The position numbers and the translations under genes are program-made. A DNA stretch of 64,000 nt from Porphyridium purpureum. Lineage: Eukaryota. The notes beneath the pieces were generated by a model. The model did not search any database. It was not told where the DNA came from and saw only the letters and a program-made list of their open reading frames with translations. Numbering within the stretch: the stretch's first letter is position 1; every line of letters starts with the position of its first letter. The DNA is taken from contig VRMN01000026.1 of NCBI GenBank assembly GCA_008690995.1, positions 1 through 64,000 on the forward strand, written 5' to 3'. Below, piece by piece: positions 10,501 through 19,585 of the stretch.

Positions 10501-12395
10501 CCATATCCGAAGGCATTGCCCGTTTTGGTGAGGACTGGCTTGCCATCGCGGGTAGGCCAGCATTCTTCATGCGCGGCCGCAAACCAGCCGGCTTACGCGC
10601 GCGCGCAGCGGAACTGGGTGTGCTTCCAGTGCACGCAGCAGCAGCGAGCGACGCGACGCGGAACGACGCGACGCGAGCAGAGAGTAGCAGCGACGCAATG
10701 TATACAAGCGCGGCGACAGGGGGACCAGAGGACGAAGCGGCAGGTCTGGGGGTGGCAGAAGTTGTGGCCACAGCGGTGGCGATGGCCACGCCCGCCGGCC
10801 GCCATGCATTAGCATCCGAGCTTCGTGCGCTCACCAGCACCGGCGCTCTGCCTTTCCGCCGCACGATGGACAAGGCAGTGGCGGCGCGCGTTCCGAACGC
10901 GCAATTCGTTAAGTTGAAGCTCCTCTTCAACAAGAAGAATTCAGAAATGCCTTCGTCGTTCCACAAGACGAAGTGCCGCATCGTCGCGCAAGGATGCGTC
11001 GTGCTGGACGCCGATGGGCGTCGCGCGCGCGAAGAACCGTACCCTTTTGATCGCCCACCAGGTTTGCTGGCGATCCGCGCCTCGATGAGCATGGCGCTCA
11101 TGCTCCATGGACCATCCGCCGACGGCGCCTTCTTCGACGTAACGTGTGCCTACCCCAGTGCACCATTGGGCGGCCGTCCGACATTCGGATATCTGCGCGA
11201 CTTGGTCCCGGTCGTGAAGGGTCTAGTCAGCGAAGCCGACTACAGAAAGATGGCCGCATGCAGCGAGCCTGTCGTGGAGCTACCGCAGGCTCTGTACGGA
11301 ATGAAAAGGAGCGGCAGCGACTTCAGCCACGACGCTCGCGAGCGTGTCCGGCGGCTTGGATGGCAAGAATCCAACGCGGACAAGAACCAGTACTGGCGCC
11401 GCGACGCGAACGGCAGCATGCTCACGCTGAGCATGTACGTCGACGATGGCGCACTCTTCGGCAATGCGGATGCGGTACGAGTGGCGGTCAAACAACTGAA
11501 GACCGTCTTCAGAATCGACCAGAAGGTCGAATACATTGCAGACTCGGCGCGTACGCGCCCTATCAAGTATCTCGGCATGCACATCTATCGCGACGGCGGC
11601 CGATGGATACTGGATTCGGGGGTGTACGCCACCCATGTGGCGAACGGCCACACCGCGGACAACTTGCGCGTGCGCAGCACGCCACTCAGCGAGCGGGTCG
11701 ACGACAATGGACCCGGCGGGCGCGCGTGCCCGACAAACAAGCGAACAGTGATTGGCCAACTGCTGTGGCTCAGCCGAACCACGCGAGCAGACATCGCTTA
11801 TGCCACGGCGCATGTGGCGCGTTATGTCGACCGGTGGGGGCCAAGCGCGGATCGCGCGCTCGACGAGATCGTCGGGTATCTGAAGAAGCATGCGGACGTC
11901 TGTCTGCAATACGACATACCCGCGACAGGAAGTCGCGACGTTCGGTTGCACGCGTGGGCTGATGCCGACTTCTCGGCACCGTCATCCACGAGCGGCGCCG
12001 TGCTCTTCATATCGAATGGCAGATGCCGACACCTTGTAGACTGGACCAGTCGGCGCCAGCGGCGCGTCAGCACCTCGACGACCGAGGCTGAGTTGGTAGC
12101 GCTGCACGACGCAGCGCAAGGCAGCGTGTTCCCAGTGGCGACACTGGCGGAAGAACTTTTGAGGCGCTGGCCTCCGATCGTTGTGCGGTGCGACAACGAG
12201 TCGACTTTGCGCGCGGTGGAGCGCGGCCACAGTGACCGGCTACTGCATGCGCCAAAGATGCAGCGCATCTCTCTGAGATGGTTGCACGAGATAGCAGCGG
12301 ACGGACTCGTCAAGTTCGTCTATGTCGCTACGCGCGACAACATCGCTGACGGCTTGACGAAGCCGATTGCCACCGACGTGTTTCGCGGCCATGCA
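7572..12395 (+). CDS. Gag-PR-IN-RT-RH polyprotein of the Copia-order element (5' part; continues at 30836-31060)
   Basis: Retrotrans_gag-like core with GPVPMDLG; protease VIDTGA (~9075); HX3HX7CX2C and DDE integrase (VSIDIVD, LRCDEGREF, HERKH); Copia RT (KCRIVAQG, QALYGMKRSG, MYVDDG at ~11433); Copia RNase H (WADADF, STTEAELVA, CDNES, NIADGLTKP). Confidence 0.95.
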
Positions 12396-12699
12396 TGTTA
12401 CCAATGCTGTGCCTTTATTCTCTCTCTCTTCTTCTTCTTTCTTACCTCTTCTGTCTCCGAGCAAGACCTGACCGGCTAGCCCGGGCAGGCGCGTCGCCTT
12501 TTTATACCCTTACTTCCGCCAGGGACAGCAAGGCGCCAAGAGAAATGACAATGCAAATCATTGGCATTTCTGCGCACGTCTAGAAGTTTCCGGAACCTCT
12601 AGAAGCTTCTAGAAACGGTTAAACGGTCTACCGGTTTAACGGCTTACCGGTTTCGGATTAACCGAACCGTTCTAGGTGACTGGGGTCGAACGGATAACA
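12396..12699 (-). repeat. 3' LTR of Gypsy A1
   Basis: Repeat of 30527-30830, 31209-31501 and 36373-36670; TATAAAAA on the minus strand at ~12506-12499. Confidence 0.95.
12582..12615. promoter_or_regulatory. Two tandem heat-shock elements (nGAAnnTTCnnGAAn) in U3 of the family A LTR, present in all four LTR copies
   Basis: aGAAgtTTCcgGAAc and aGAAgcTTCtaGAAa, about 75-110 bp upstream of the minus-strand TATA box. Confidence 0.75.
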
Positions 12700-12818
12700 T
12701 CTCCCCCCCTCTTGGCTCGACGTCTCGGCGAGACTCCAAACTAAGTTGCATTCTTGGCTCGAGGAACCCGCGCTCCGGGAGAAAACCTCTGCCTAGCAAA
12801 CTTCTCACAATTCCCAAG

Positions 12819-13281
12819 TCATTCAGAGTCAGACTCCTCGATAATTTTCAACAAGTCTGGCTCAGAATCGGACGCCGGCATTTCGTCGGGTACTTCTTCA
12901 TCATTTTCCCCTACCATGTAGTCTTCGCGTCCATAGTATGGCTTCAGATGCTGGGTCGGAAAAACATCATGACAAGCCACACCCTCGGGCAAAATCACTC
13001 GGTAAGCATGCGAGCTTACCTTCTCAATGACAGGCACCGGACCAAGAAACTTTGGTGCCGCCAAATCACTCTTGTTCGGCCGCAGTTGCGGCGCTGTGAC
13101 CAACACTTGATCACCAACTTGAAACTCCCGGGCATCCTTGCGTCGATCGAAGAACTTCTGCATTCTCCCTTGGGCTTCGATCAAATTGTCGCGGACTTCT
13201 TCATGGACTTTGCACAGGCGAAACCAGTGCTCCGCCACGTCCTTCGTCTGCCCGTCGCGCGCAGGCCTCCACCCTTCGCTC
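12819..13281 (-). CDS. C-terminal fragment of Gypsy A1 pol (integrase C-terminus), separated from the rest by the element B insertion
   Basis: Matches the C-terminus of the intact A2 pol (SEGWRPARDG...KIIEESDSE); 29267-26239 plus 13281-12819 gives 1164 codons, the same as A2. Confidence 0.92.
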
Positions 13282-13285
13282 GGTG

Positions 13286-13565
13286 TGCTATGCTGTACAC
13301 CCCATGCACTGTACACATGTAGCACCTGTACTCCATAGTACAGTCCACCCTCCAAAACCCCATCCAAACCCACCACTGAGTTAGATCCAGGGCTTTGCGG
13401 CAGTATATAATCCACGCCGCCGTGCGGCCCGAGCTAAACAAAAAGTAAAGGAGGTATCGAAGTGCGAGGAGAGGTTGGTGTGCCGTTGGTGTCGGGGTTC
13501 GATCCGGGCGGGTGCCTGTAGGTGAGAGAGAGGGGTTGTAGTGGCTGCGGGTGTAGTACACAGCA
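13286..13565 (+). repeat. 5' LTR of Gypsy B
   Basis: Repeat of 25959-26238; GTAC cluster in U3 and TATATAA at ~13404. Confidence 0.95.
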
Positions 13566-13706
13566 TAATTCTAGAATTAGCGTTGCCCCATTCTTGAGTA
13601 ATTTCTTGTGGGAGCGCGCGGGCCGGTCTGGTTGGTGGTCGGGTGGCCCGGAACCAGGGCGACGTGGGGGAGAGGTGCCAGGTCGGGTGGCTCTGGTGTC
13701 TCGTTT

Positions 13707-13998
13707 TGTCACAAACGGAGCTTCTTTTCTTTACTTCTTCTTCTCTCCTCCTCTACCTCCTCTCTTCTTTCTAGCCTTTTTTCTTCGTTCGGCTGCCGCT
13801 CGCTCTGTTTTATACCCGCCTTCCGGCGCCGCAACGGCTTGCCCGGCGGGTTCAGCCCTCGGAATAACCCAATCCCGCGGCCCTCAACATAACTCAGCTG
13901 TACCACACGGTACACCCACAGCTGTACTTTCAGTACACTTAGGGACTGTACCTCTGCGTACTCGCTGTACTGAGACCTGCATCAGGTCGCTCGCGACA
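13707..13998 (-). repeat. 3' LTR of Gypsy C
   Basis: Repeat of 19643-19934. Confidence 0.95.
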
Positions 13999-14526
13999 TC
14001 CCACACTTCCCGCTTATCCACAGCGACCATTGCGATAGCGTGTTCTAAGCCCACGCGCCGCATGCATAGCAGCCGTTCCCGTGCCGCTCAACAGGTTCAA
14101 GCACAATGAGCTGAGATCGAGCGGACGAAGTACAGTGTAAGCTGACAGGGTACAGTGCCAGCAACAGGGCCAAAAAAATAAGGTGGCCGGTGCCGCTCAC
14201 AAGTGACGCCCACTGACAAGACCCCGTACAGGCTGCCATCCCCCTCCCCCGCTAACCTTAAAGGAAAGGTGCGCTGTTACGGCTCTGCCCAATGTCACCC
14301 CGGGGAATTACCCTAGCCACGGATCCCCAGCATTTCACAGGGGCAGTTTTCTCTAATCAGGGAGTGTCTAAGATCCTCTTCAATTCTCGTTTGCCAAACT
14401 GCCGAAATTTAGAGTATATACACCCCCAAATATGGACTCAGGTACAGTATTACTGTACTTCACTGTACACAGACTGTACTTCATTTTGTTCTTTATCATT
14501 CGTTCTACCGTCTTGCTGCGGGCACG

Positions 14527-14660
14527 GCTCCTTCTTTACCGTCCAGCCATGGACACAGCTCCTTCTTTAATGTCCAGCAACGGACACAGCTCCTTCTTTA
14601 TCGTCCAGCAACGGACCCAGCTCCTTCTTTACCGTCCAGCCACGGACACTCCATCTTTAT
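14527..14660. repeat. Tandem minisatellite, ~4.3 copies of a 31-bp unit (GCTCCTTCTTTAccGTCCAGCaAcGGACaCA), in the 3' UTR of Gypsy C
   Basis: Units start at 14527, 14558, 14589 and 14620 with no unique spacers. Confidence 0.9.
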
Positions 14661-14708
14661 TCGAACATTTTTTTTTTGAGAGCAGCGACGGCCGATAGCC
14701 ACCCAGCG

Positions 14709-17700
14709 TCAAACACCTTCTGCCATGTCTCGGTACGCGGCTACCAGCATGGGCGGGAGCGTCTTCTCAGCCTCCCATGTGTCGCCTCGCTTCCCCATAC
14801 CCCGCCATCTCACCTTGTACTCGCGGCCTCCACCCGCAGCCCGATCTTCCACAATTGCCTCCACCACCCAACTTGCATCTCCTCCAGCGAACACGTTCGT
14901 GCCGGCCATGTCTACCACGTCCGGGTCTGCCTTGTGCAAGCGGTTCACATGCACGAGCTGGCCATGGAGCTCTGCGTCATCTCGGCCGTTTGCGCTGACC
15001 ACGACTGCGTGAACCCCGTTCCGCTTTGTGATGCGGAAAGGTCCGAGCCACGGCTTTGTCAGCTTGCGACCCTGCCTCGTACTTGGGCACCACACGTATA
15101 CGATGTCGCCTTCGGCAAACGTTTCCTTGTTCCGATGAATGTTTCTGTCATAGTACCTTGCAAACCTCTCGGCGTTCTCCGACATCTTATTCCCGGCGAG
15201 CCGATAGGCGCGCGCCAGCTGTGCGGAGATATCTTGCGGTTGCTGGCCCCCTTCAACCGCTCGCGGTCCGGCCATGCTTGCCCAGTCCTTGGCTGGCGAC
15301 CCAAACATCATTTCGTACGGCGAGAAGCCGGTGGCTGCGTGGCGCGACGTGTTGTACGCGTAGGTTACAACGGACAGCCACCTATCCCAGTCGCGCGAGC
15401 TTGCACTGACGTACGCCGACAGCATCTTGCACAGGGTCGCATTGAAGCGCTCCACCCTTCCGTTCGTCTGCGGGTGGTAGGCTGTCGTCATGAGCCTCCG
15501 GATTCCGAGTCTGGCGCAAAGCGACGTGATCACCTCACCGACAAAGTTTGAGCCCCGGTCGGACAAGATGGACTCCGGCGGGCCAAAGACAGTCAACCAC
15601 GTCTGCAGGAAACTCCGCGCCACGGTCTCTGCCTTCTCGTCCGGGAGCGCCACGGCAACCGCCCATCGCGTCCAAGCATCCATCATGACGAGCACCTTGA
15701 TATTTCCCGTTCGCGTCTCCGGACTGATGGTGAGGATGTCCATGCCTACAATTTCAAAGCGTCTGGACGCCGAGTACTGCACCATCGCCGCGTTCCGGCG
15801 GGGTGGTGGTGCCTTGCGCGCTATGCACTCGTGGCAGCACCGAACGAACTTCCGAACGTCTTCTGTCCACCCGGGCCACCACCACTGCGCGTCGGCTATC
15901 CTCGCCGCCGTCCTCGCCGTCCCCATGTGAGCCGACAGCGGGGCTCCGTGATAGACATTCAGAACTGCCGACACAAGGGCGTCAGGGACCACCCGCCTGG
16001 GCATGTCTTTCAGCAACGCAAACACAATCCCGTCTTCGTCCACGATATACTCAGGGAAGGAGTACTTTGACGCGGGGCCTGATAGGTTCTTGAGCTCAGC
16101 GCAGATCTGCTCGTCCTCTGCGTACGCTGCTCTGAGCTCGTCGTCCGTGGGCACAGCGTATAGCGCCCCACTGTCTTGCGTGTCCCGTACCTCCCGGACC
16201 TCTTCTTCCGTGCCAGTGTCCAGAGGAGTACGCGATAGCGCATCGGCCACGATATTCGCTGCGCCTGGCTTGTGCTTCACGTCAAACTCGAAATCTTGCA
16301 CGCGCATGATCCACCTTGCCGTCCGACCCCGTGGCTCTTTCTGGCGAAGCAGCCACAGCAGCGCCGAGTGATCCGTCACGAGAATGAACTTCTTGCCGAA
16401 CAGATAGTGCCTGAACTTTTCCATGGATAGTATGGCACCCAAGCACTCTTGCTCCGTGACGCTGTAGTTCAGCTCTGCGCCTCGGAATGCCCTTGAGTAA
16501 AAGGCCACCGGGCGCCGCTGGTCCCCTTGAAGCAAGACCGCGCCAATGCCCACCTGGCTCGCGTCGACTTCAAGAACCATCTCGGCGGCCGGATTGAATG
16601 CAACCAGGACTGCGCTACCGTCGTCCATCGGATCACCTAGCGCATGGCGTAGGTCTATGAACGCGGCGCGCTGGTCGTCCCCGAATCTGCTCGCCCACTC
16701 TGCGCCACCAGCCGTCTTCCGGTGGAAGCCACCTTTCTTGTCCGTCAATCCGAGCCCAGTCAGCGCCCGCCTCAGCGGGAGGGCGCGCTCCTCGAAGTTC
16801 GGTATGAAGTTACGAAACCAGCCGACCAGTCCCAGGAACCGCTGCAGGTCCTTCGCTTCTTCTGGCTCTGGCCACTCCAGGATTGCCCGCGTCTTATCTA
16901 CCCCAGGCCGCAAACCTTGCGGGCCAATGCGATGGCCCAGAAACTGTACTTCTGCCAGAGCAATCTTGCACTTGCGGGCCGACAGTGTAAGCCCCGACGC
17001 CGCGAACCTTCGCAAGATCTGACGAAGTCCTTCCACATGTTCCTCGAAGGTCTCATGTCCCACTGTCAGATCGTCAATGTAGATCTGCGCGTGTGCATGG
17101 CGCATAGGGCCCAAAATCCGGTTGTTGAGTCGCTGGAAAGTTGGCGGACTATTGCAGCAGCCCTGCGGCAGACGCGTGTATTCAAATAGCCCCTCACGTG
17201 TGATCATGGCAGTCAAATGCATGCTTTCTGGCGCAAGGGGCACCTGGAAAAACCCGTCCTTGAGATCGAGAGCGCTCTTCCATCGGCGCCTCGAAAGCCA
17301 GTCGAGCATCTCCCCAACGTCTGGGATTGGGTACCTGTCCTTGATTGTGATTGCATTGAGCGGGCGAAAGTCGGTAGTCATCCGATACGATCCATCTGGT
17401 TTCCGGATCAGTACGTTGGCTGCTGCACACTCCGACGTGCTCGGCTGCAGCACTCCCTTAGCGACAAGGGCTTCGACCAGGCTGCGCTCGGCCTCGTTCT
17501 CGGCCTCTGAGCGCCTGCGCACTTTGGCCACCAGAGGGCGCTGGCCCGGTTCGACAGTGATGGTGTGTTCCACCAGGTCCGTCAATCCCATGGACGGCCT
17601 GAACAGCACCCACGCCTCAGCTAGGACGTCGCCGACTCGTTTGCGCTGCTCGGGCTCGAGATGCCCAAGCTCGATGGCCGCGGCGTTGCGCAGGGCTTCC

Positions 17701-18317
17701 TCTTTCTCGGCCGCGTGCTTCTGCTCCAGCTGGGCGATTCGACGATCAATCTCGCCCGGTTCTTCAAGATGACCGATGTGTTCTGGGCCCGGCAGACCAC
17801 TCACTTGCTCGAACGGTAGAGAACCTCCACGCTTGAAGAACACAGCTTGACCTGGCAGCACGGCCGCGACTTCTCGAACCTGGAAGTCCCAGCCGATCAA
17901 GAGATCTGTCTTGAGGTGTTCCGCCACTCGGACCGTCTCGCACGGAAAAACGAAAGACCCGAGATGCAGATCCAGAAACCCAACGCTGACTCTGCCCAAG
18001 GAGGCGCCGTCCGGCCCTCGCGCTCCCCAACTTGACGGCTGCGTTTTCAAGCCGAGCCGGTCAGCCACGCTCGGGCTCACCCATGTTGAGTTTGCGCCCG
18101 TGTCCAGAACTGCCAGTGCAACCACTGCCTGGCCACATGCGGTGAGCTTCACCCGCAACGTCGGACTGTTGTCCGCACGCACGGCTAGCTCCGAGTCGCC
18201 GTCTTGTTCCTTGGCGTACGCCGCGCCTTGCAACTCTGCCTCACCTGAGGCATCGCCCGGCTCCCACCATTCCATGCAGGGGGCAGCTACTGCTTGCTGC
18301 CCCACTGCCCGTTTTTT
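14709..18317 (-). CDS. Gypsy C pol (PR-RT-RH-IN-chromodomain), entered by -1 frameshift from gag
   Basis: VLDTGA; YIDD; VDAS RNase H; HX6H...CX2C and DDE integrase; GPF; C-terminal chromodomain WVVEAIVEDR...EYKVRWRG...DTWE. Confidence 0.95.
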   Translation of the reverse strand, partial: KKRAVGQQAVAAPCMEWWEPGDASGEAELQGAAYAKEQDGDSELAVRADNSPTLRVKLTACGQAVVALAVLDTGANSTWVSPSVADRLGLKTQPSSWGARGPDGASLGRVSVGFLDLHLGSFVFPCETVRVAEHLKTDLLIGWDFQVREVAAVLPGQAVFFKRGGSLPFEQVSGLPGPEHIGHLEEPGEIDRRIAQLEQKHAAEKEEALRNAAAIELGHLEPEQRKRVGDVLAEAWVLFRPSMGLTDLVEHTITVEPGQRPLVAKVRRRSEAENEAERSLVEALVAKGVLQPSTSECAAANVLIRKPDGSYRMTTDFRPLNAITIKDRYPIPDVGEMLDWLSRRRWKSALDLKDGFFQVPLAPESMHLTAMITREGLFEYTRLPQGCCNSPPTFQRLNNRILGPMRHAHAQIYIDDLTVGHETFEEHVEGLRQILRRFAASGLTLSARKCKIALAEVQFLGHRIGPQGLRPGVDKTRAILEWPEPEEAKDLQRFLGLVGWFRNFIPNFEERALPLRRALTGLGLTDKKGGFHRKTAGGAEWASRFGDDQRAAFIDLRHALGDPMDDGSAVLVAFNPAAEMVLEVDASQVGIGAVLLQGDQRRPVAFYSRAFRGAELNYSVTEQECLGAILSMEKFRHYLFGKKFILVTDHSALLWLLRQKEPRGRTARWIMRVQDFEFDVKHKPGAANIVADALSRTPLDTGTEEEVREVRDTQDSGALYAVPTDDELRAAYAEDEQICAELKNLSGPASKYSFPEYIVDEDGIVFALLKDMPRRVVPDALVSAVLNVYHGAPLSAHMGTARTAARIADAQWWWPGWTEDVRKFVRCCHECIARKAPPPRRNAAMVQYSASRRFEIVGMDILTISPETRTGNIKVLVMMDAWTRWAVAVALPDEKAETVARSFLQTWLTVFGPPESILSDRGSNFVGEVITSLCARLGIRRLMTTAYHPQTNGRVERFNATLCKMLSAYVSASSRDWDRWLSVVTYAYNTSRHAATGFSPYEMMFGSPAKDWASMAGPRAVEGGQQPQDISAQLARAYRLAGNKMSENAERFARYYDRNIHRNKETFAEGDIVYVWCPSTRQGRKLTKPWLGPFRITKRNGVHAVVVSANGRDDAELHGQLVHVNRLHKADPDVVDMAGTNVFAGGDASWVVEAIVEDRAAGGGREYKVRWRGMGKRGDTWEAEKTLPPMLVAAYRDMAEGV

Positions 18318-19585
18318 GGTCCGTGGCTCAAGCCACCGTCCGAATACGGCGCGCGTGGTGCTCCACCTTGGCCCGCGGGGCGATGCACTCCCCCATCGGC
18401 CCTTGGCCATCCATTGCGGCAATCCCTCTTCAAGTGTCCAAGTTCGCCGCACTGCCAGCACTGCGGCTGTCCGGGCAGAGCAGTCGGAAGGGCTTGGCGC
18501 TTGGCCTGTGGCCCAAAGCTCTCAACCTGGTATACATCCTCTGCGTACAGGCCGTAGTCACGACCGCGCTTCTGGATCGTCGTGCCCGGGACCTCGCCTA
18601 TGCGGCCCACTCTCTCGCGGCCAAGCGGGCGTTGCTGGCCAAACGGAGGAAGCGAGCGACTCGGTAGACCCTTCAAACCATCTTCACCGACGTGGTCTAC
18701 CAGAGCTGAGCGCAGCTTGGTGAACGAGACGCTCACGCCGATCATGCGGACCGTGTTCTTCAAGAACGCGGAGTCCATGGCTTCGATCAACACGTCCTTC
18801 TTGTCCTCGTCGTCCATCTTGAGCCCGTCAGCCTTGGTCTCCAGGTCGTTCAGAAAGACACTCAAGCTGGCTTTCCCCGGTTGGAACTTCATGCGGCGGA
18901 GCTCGGCTTTCAAAGCCTGGCGGTGCTCGACATTGAAAAACATGGACTCCAGTGCCTTCCACACACGGTTCGCTGCGCCGGGCCCTGCCGCATCGACATC
19001 TTTGATCACGGCTTGGTACCTTGACACCGCGGGCCCACCAAAGCAAGCGCTGATGTGCTCCGCGACATTGTCCCTTGCGAGGCCAAGTGTGTCCGCGTGC
19101 GACTCCCAGCAGGTACGCGACGCGAAGAAATGAGCGTCACCTGGGGCCTTGATAAGAACTTGAGCACTGCGGACCGCCTCGCGAAAGGTTGCTGCGAGCT
19201 TCAACTGCTCCTCCCAGAACGACCGATCCGTGGTACGGCCCGAGGTCTGCGCCGAGTTGCGGCTGTGCGCCTGGGCCTCCAGTTCAGCAACGCGAGCGCG
19301 AAGGGCCATCACTTCGGCTCCGCCCGGTGCAGCTAGGTCTCCAACCGGGACAACGGACTCTGCGTCGGCTGCGGCTTCCAGGTGACCTGGCGTCCCCTGC
19401 TCATTGTCGACAGCTTCACCCTGGTGCTCCACGACAGGCCCGTCTTCTGGCGCTGGGCCCCCGGCACGAGCGGCCCCTGCTTCGATGATCGCGGATCCGC
19501 TGCGTGGCTCCCCAAGTCCTGCCACAACTGCTGCCTCGCGAGGCCCACCTGCCTCTCCAACTCCTGCCCCACGCCCACGCGCCAT
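18287..19585 (-). CDS. Gypsy C gag
   Basis: Capsid-like region and CCHC knuckle CWQCGELGHLKRDC; overlaps pol at the A_AAA_AAC heptamer (18317-18311). Confidence 0.88.
   Translation of the reverse strand: MARGRGAGVGEAGGPREAAVVAGLGEPRSGSAIIEAGAARAGGPAPEDGPVVEHQGEAVDNEQGTPGHLEAAADAESVVPVGDLAAPGGAEVMALRARVAELEAQAHSRNSAQTSGRTTDRSFWEEQLKLAATFREAVRSAQVLIKAPGDAHFFASRTCWESHADTLGLARDNVAEHISACFGGPAVSRYQAVIKDVDAAGPGAANRVWKALESMFFNVEHRQALKAELRRMKFQPGKASLSVFLNDLETKADGLKMDDEDKKDVLIEAMDSAFLKNTVRMIGVSVSFTKLRSALVDHVGEDGLKGLPSRSLPPFGQQRPLGRERVGRIGEVPGTTIQKRGRDYGLYAEDVYQVESFGPQAKRQALPTALPGQPQCWQCGELGHLKRDCRNGWPRADGGVHRPAGQGGAPRAPYSDGGLSHGPKNGQWGSKQ

Noticed and set aside
12396..12479. Hydrophobic C-terminus (CYQCCAFILSLFFFF...) of the 1637-aa ORF as an env-like TM segment
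   Set aside because: It is translation of the inserted A1 LTR pyrimidine tract; the real ORF continues at 30836
13284..13285. LTR B starting two bases earlier (TGTGCT...)
   Set aside because: That would leave a 2-bp TSD; starting at 13286 gives a 4-bp TSD and a TGCT...AGCA inverted terminus
13477..13505. Pol III promoter or tRNA remnant in LTR B (GGTTCGATCC B-box-like)
   Set aside because: The candidate A-box is too close and no cloverleaf can be built
14527..14660. 31-bp repeats as a CRISPR array
   Set aside because: Head-to-tail units with no unique spacers, eukaryotic context and no cas genes
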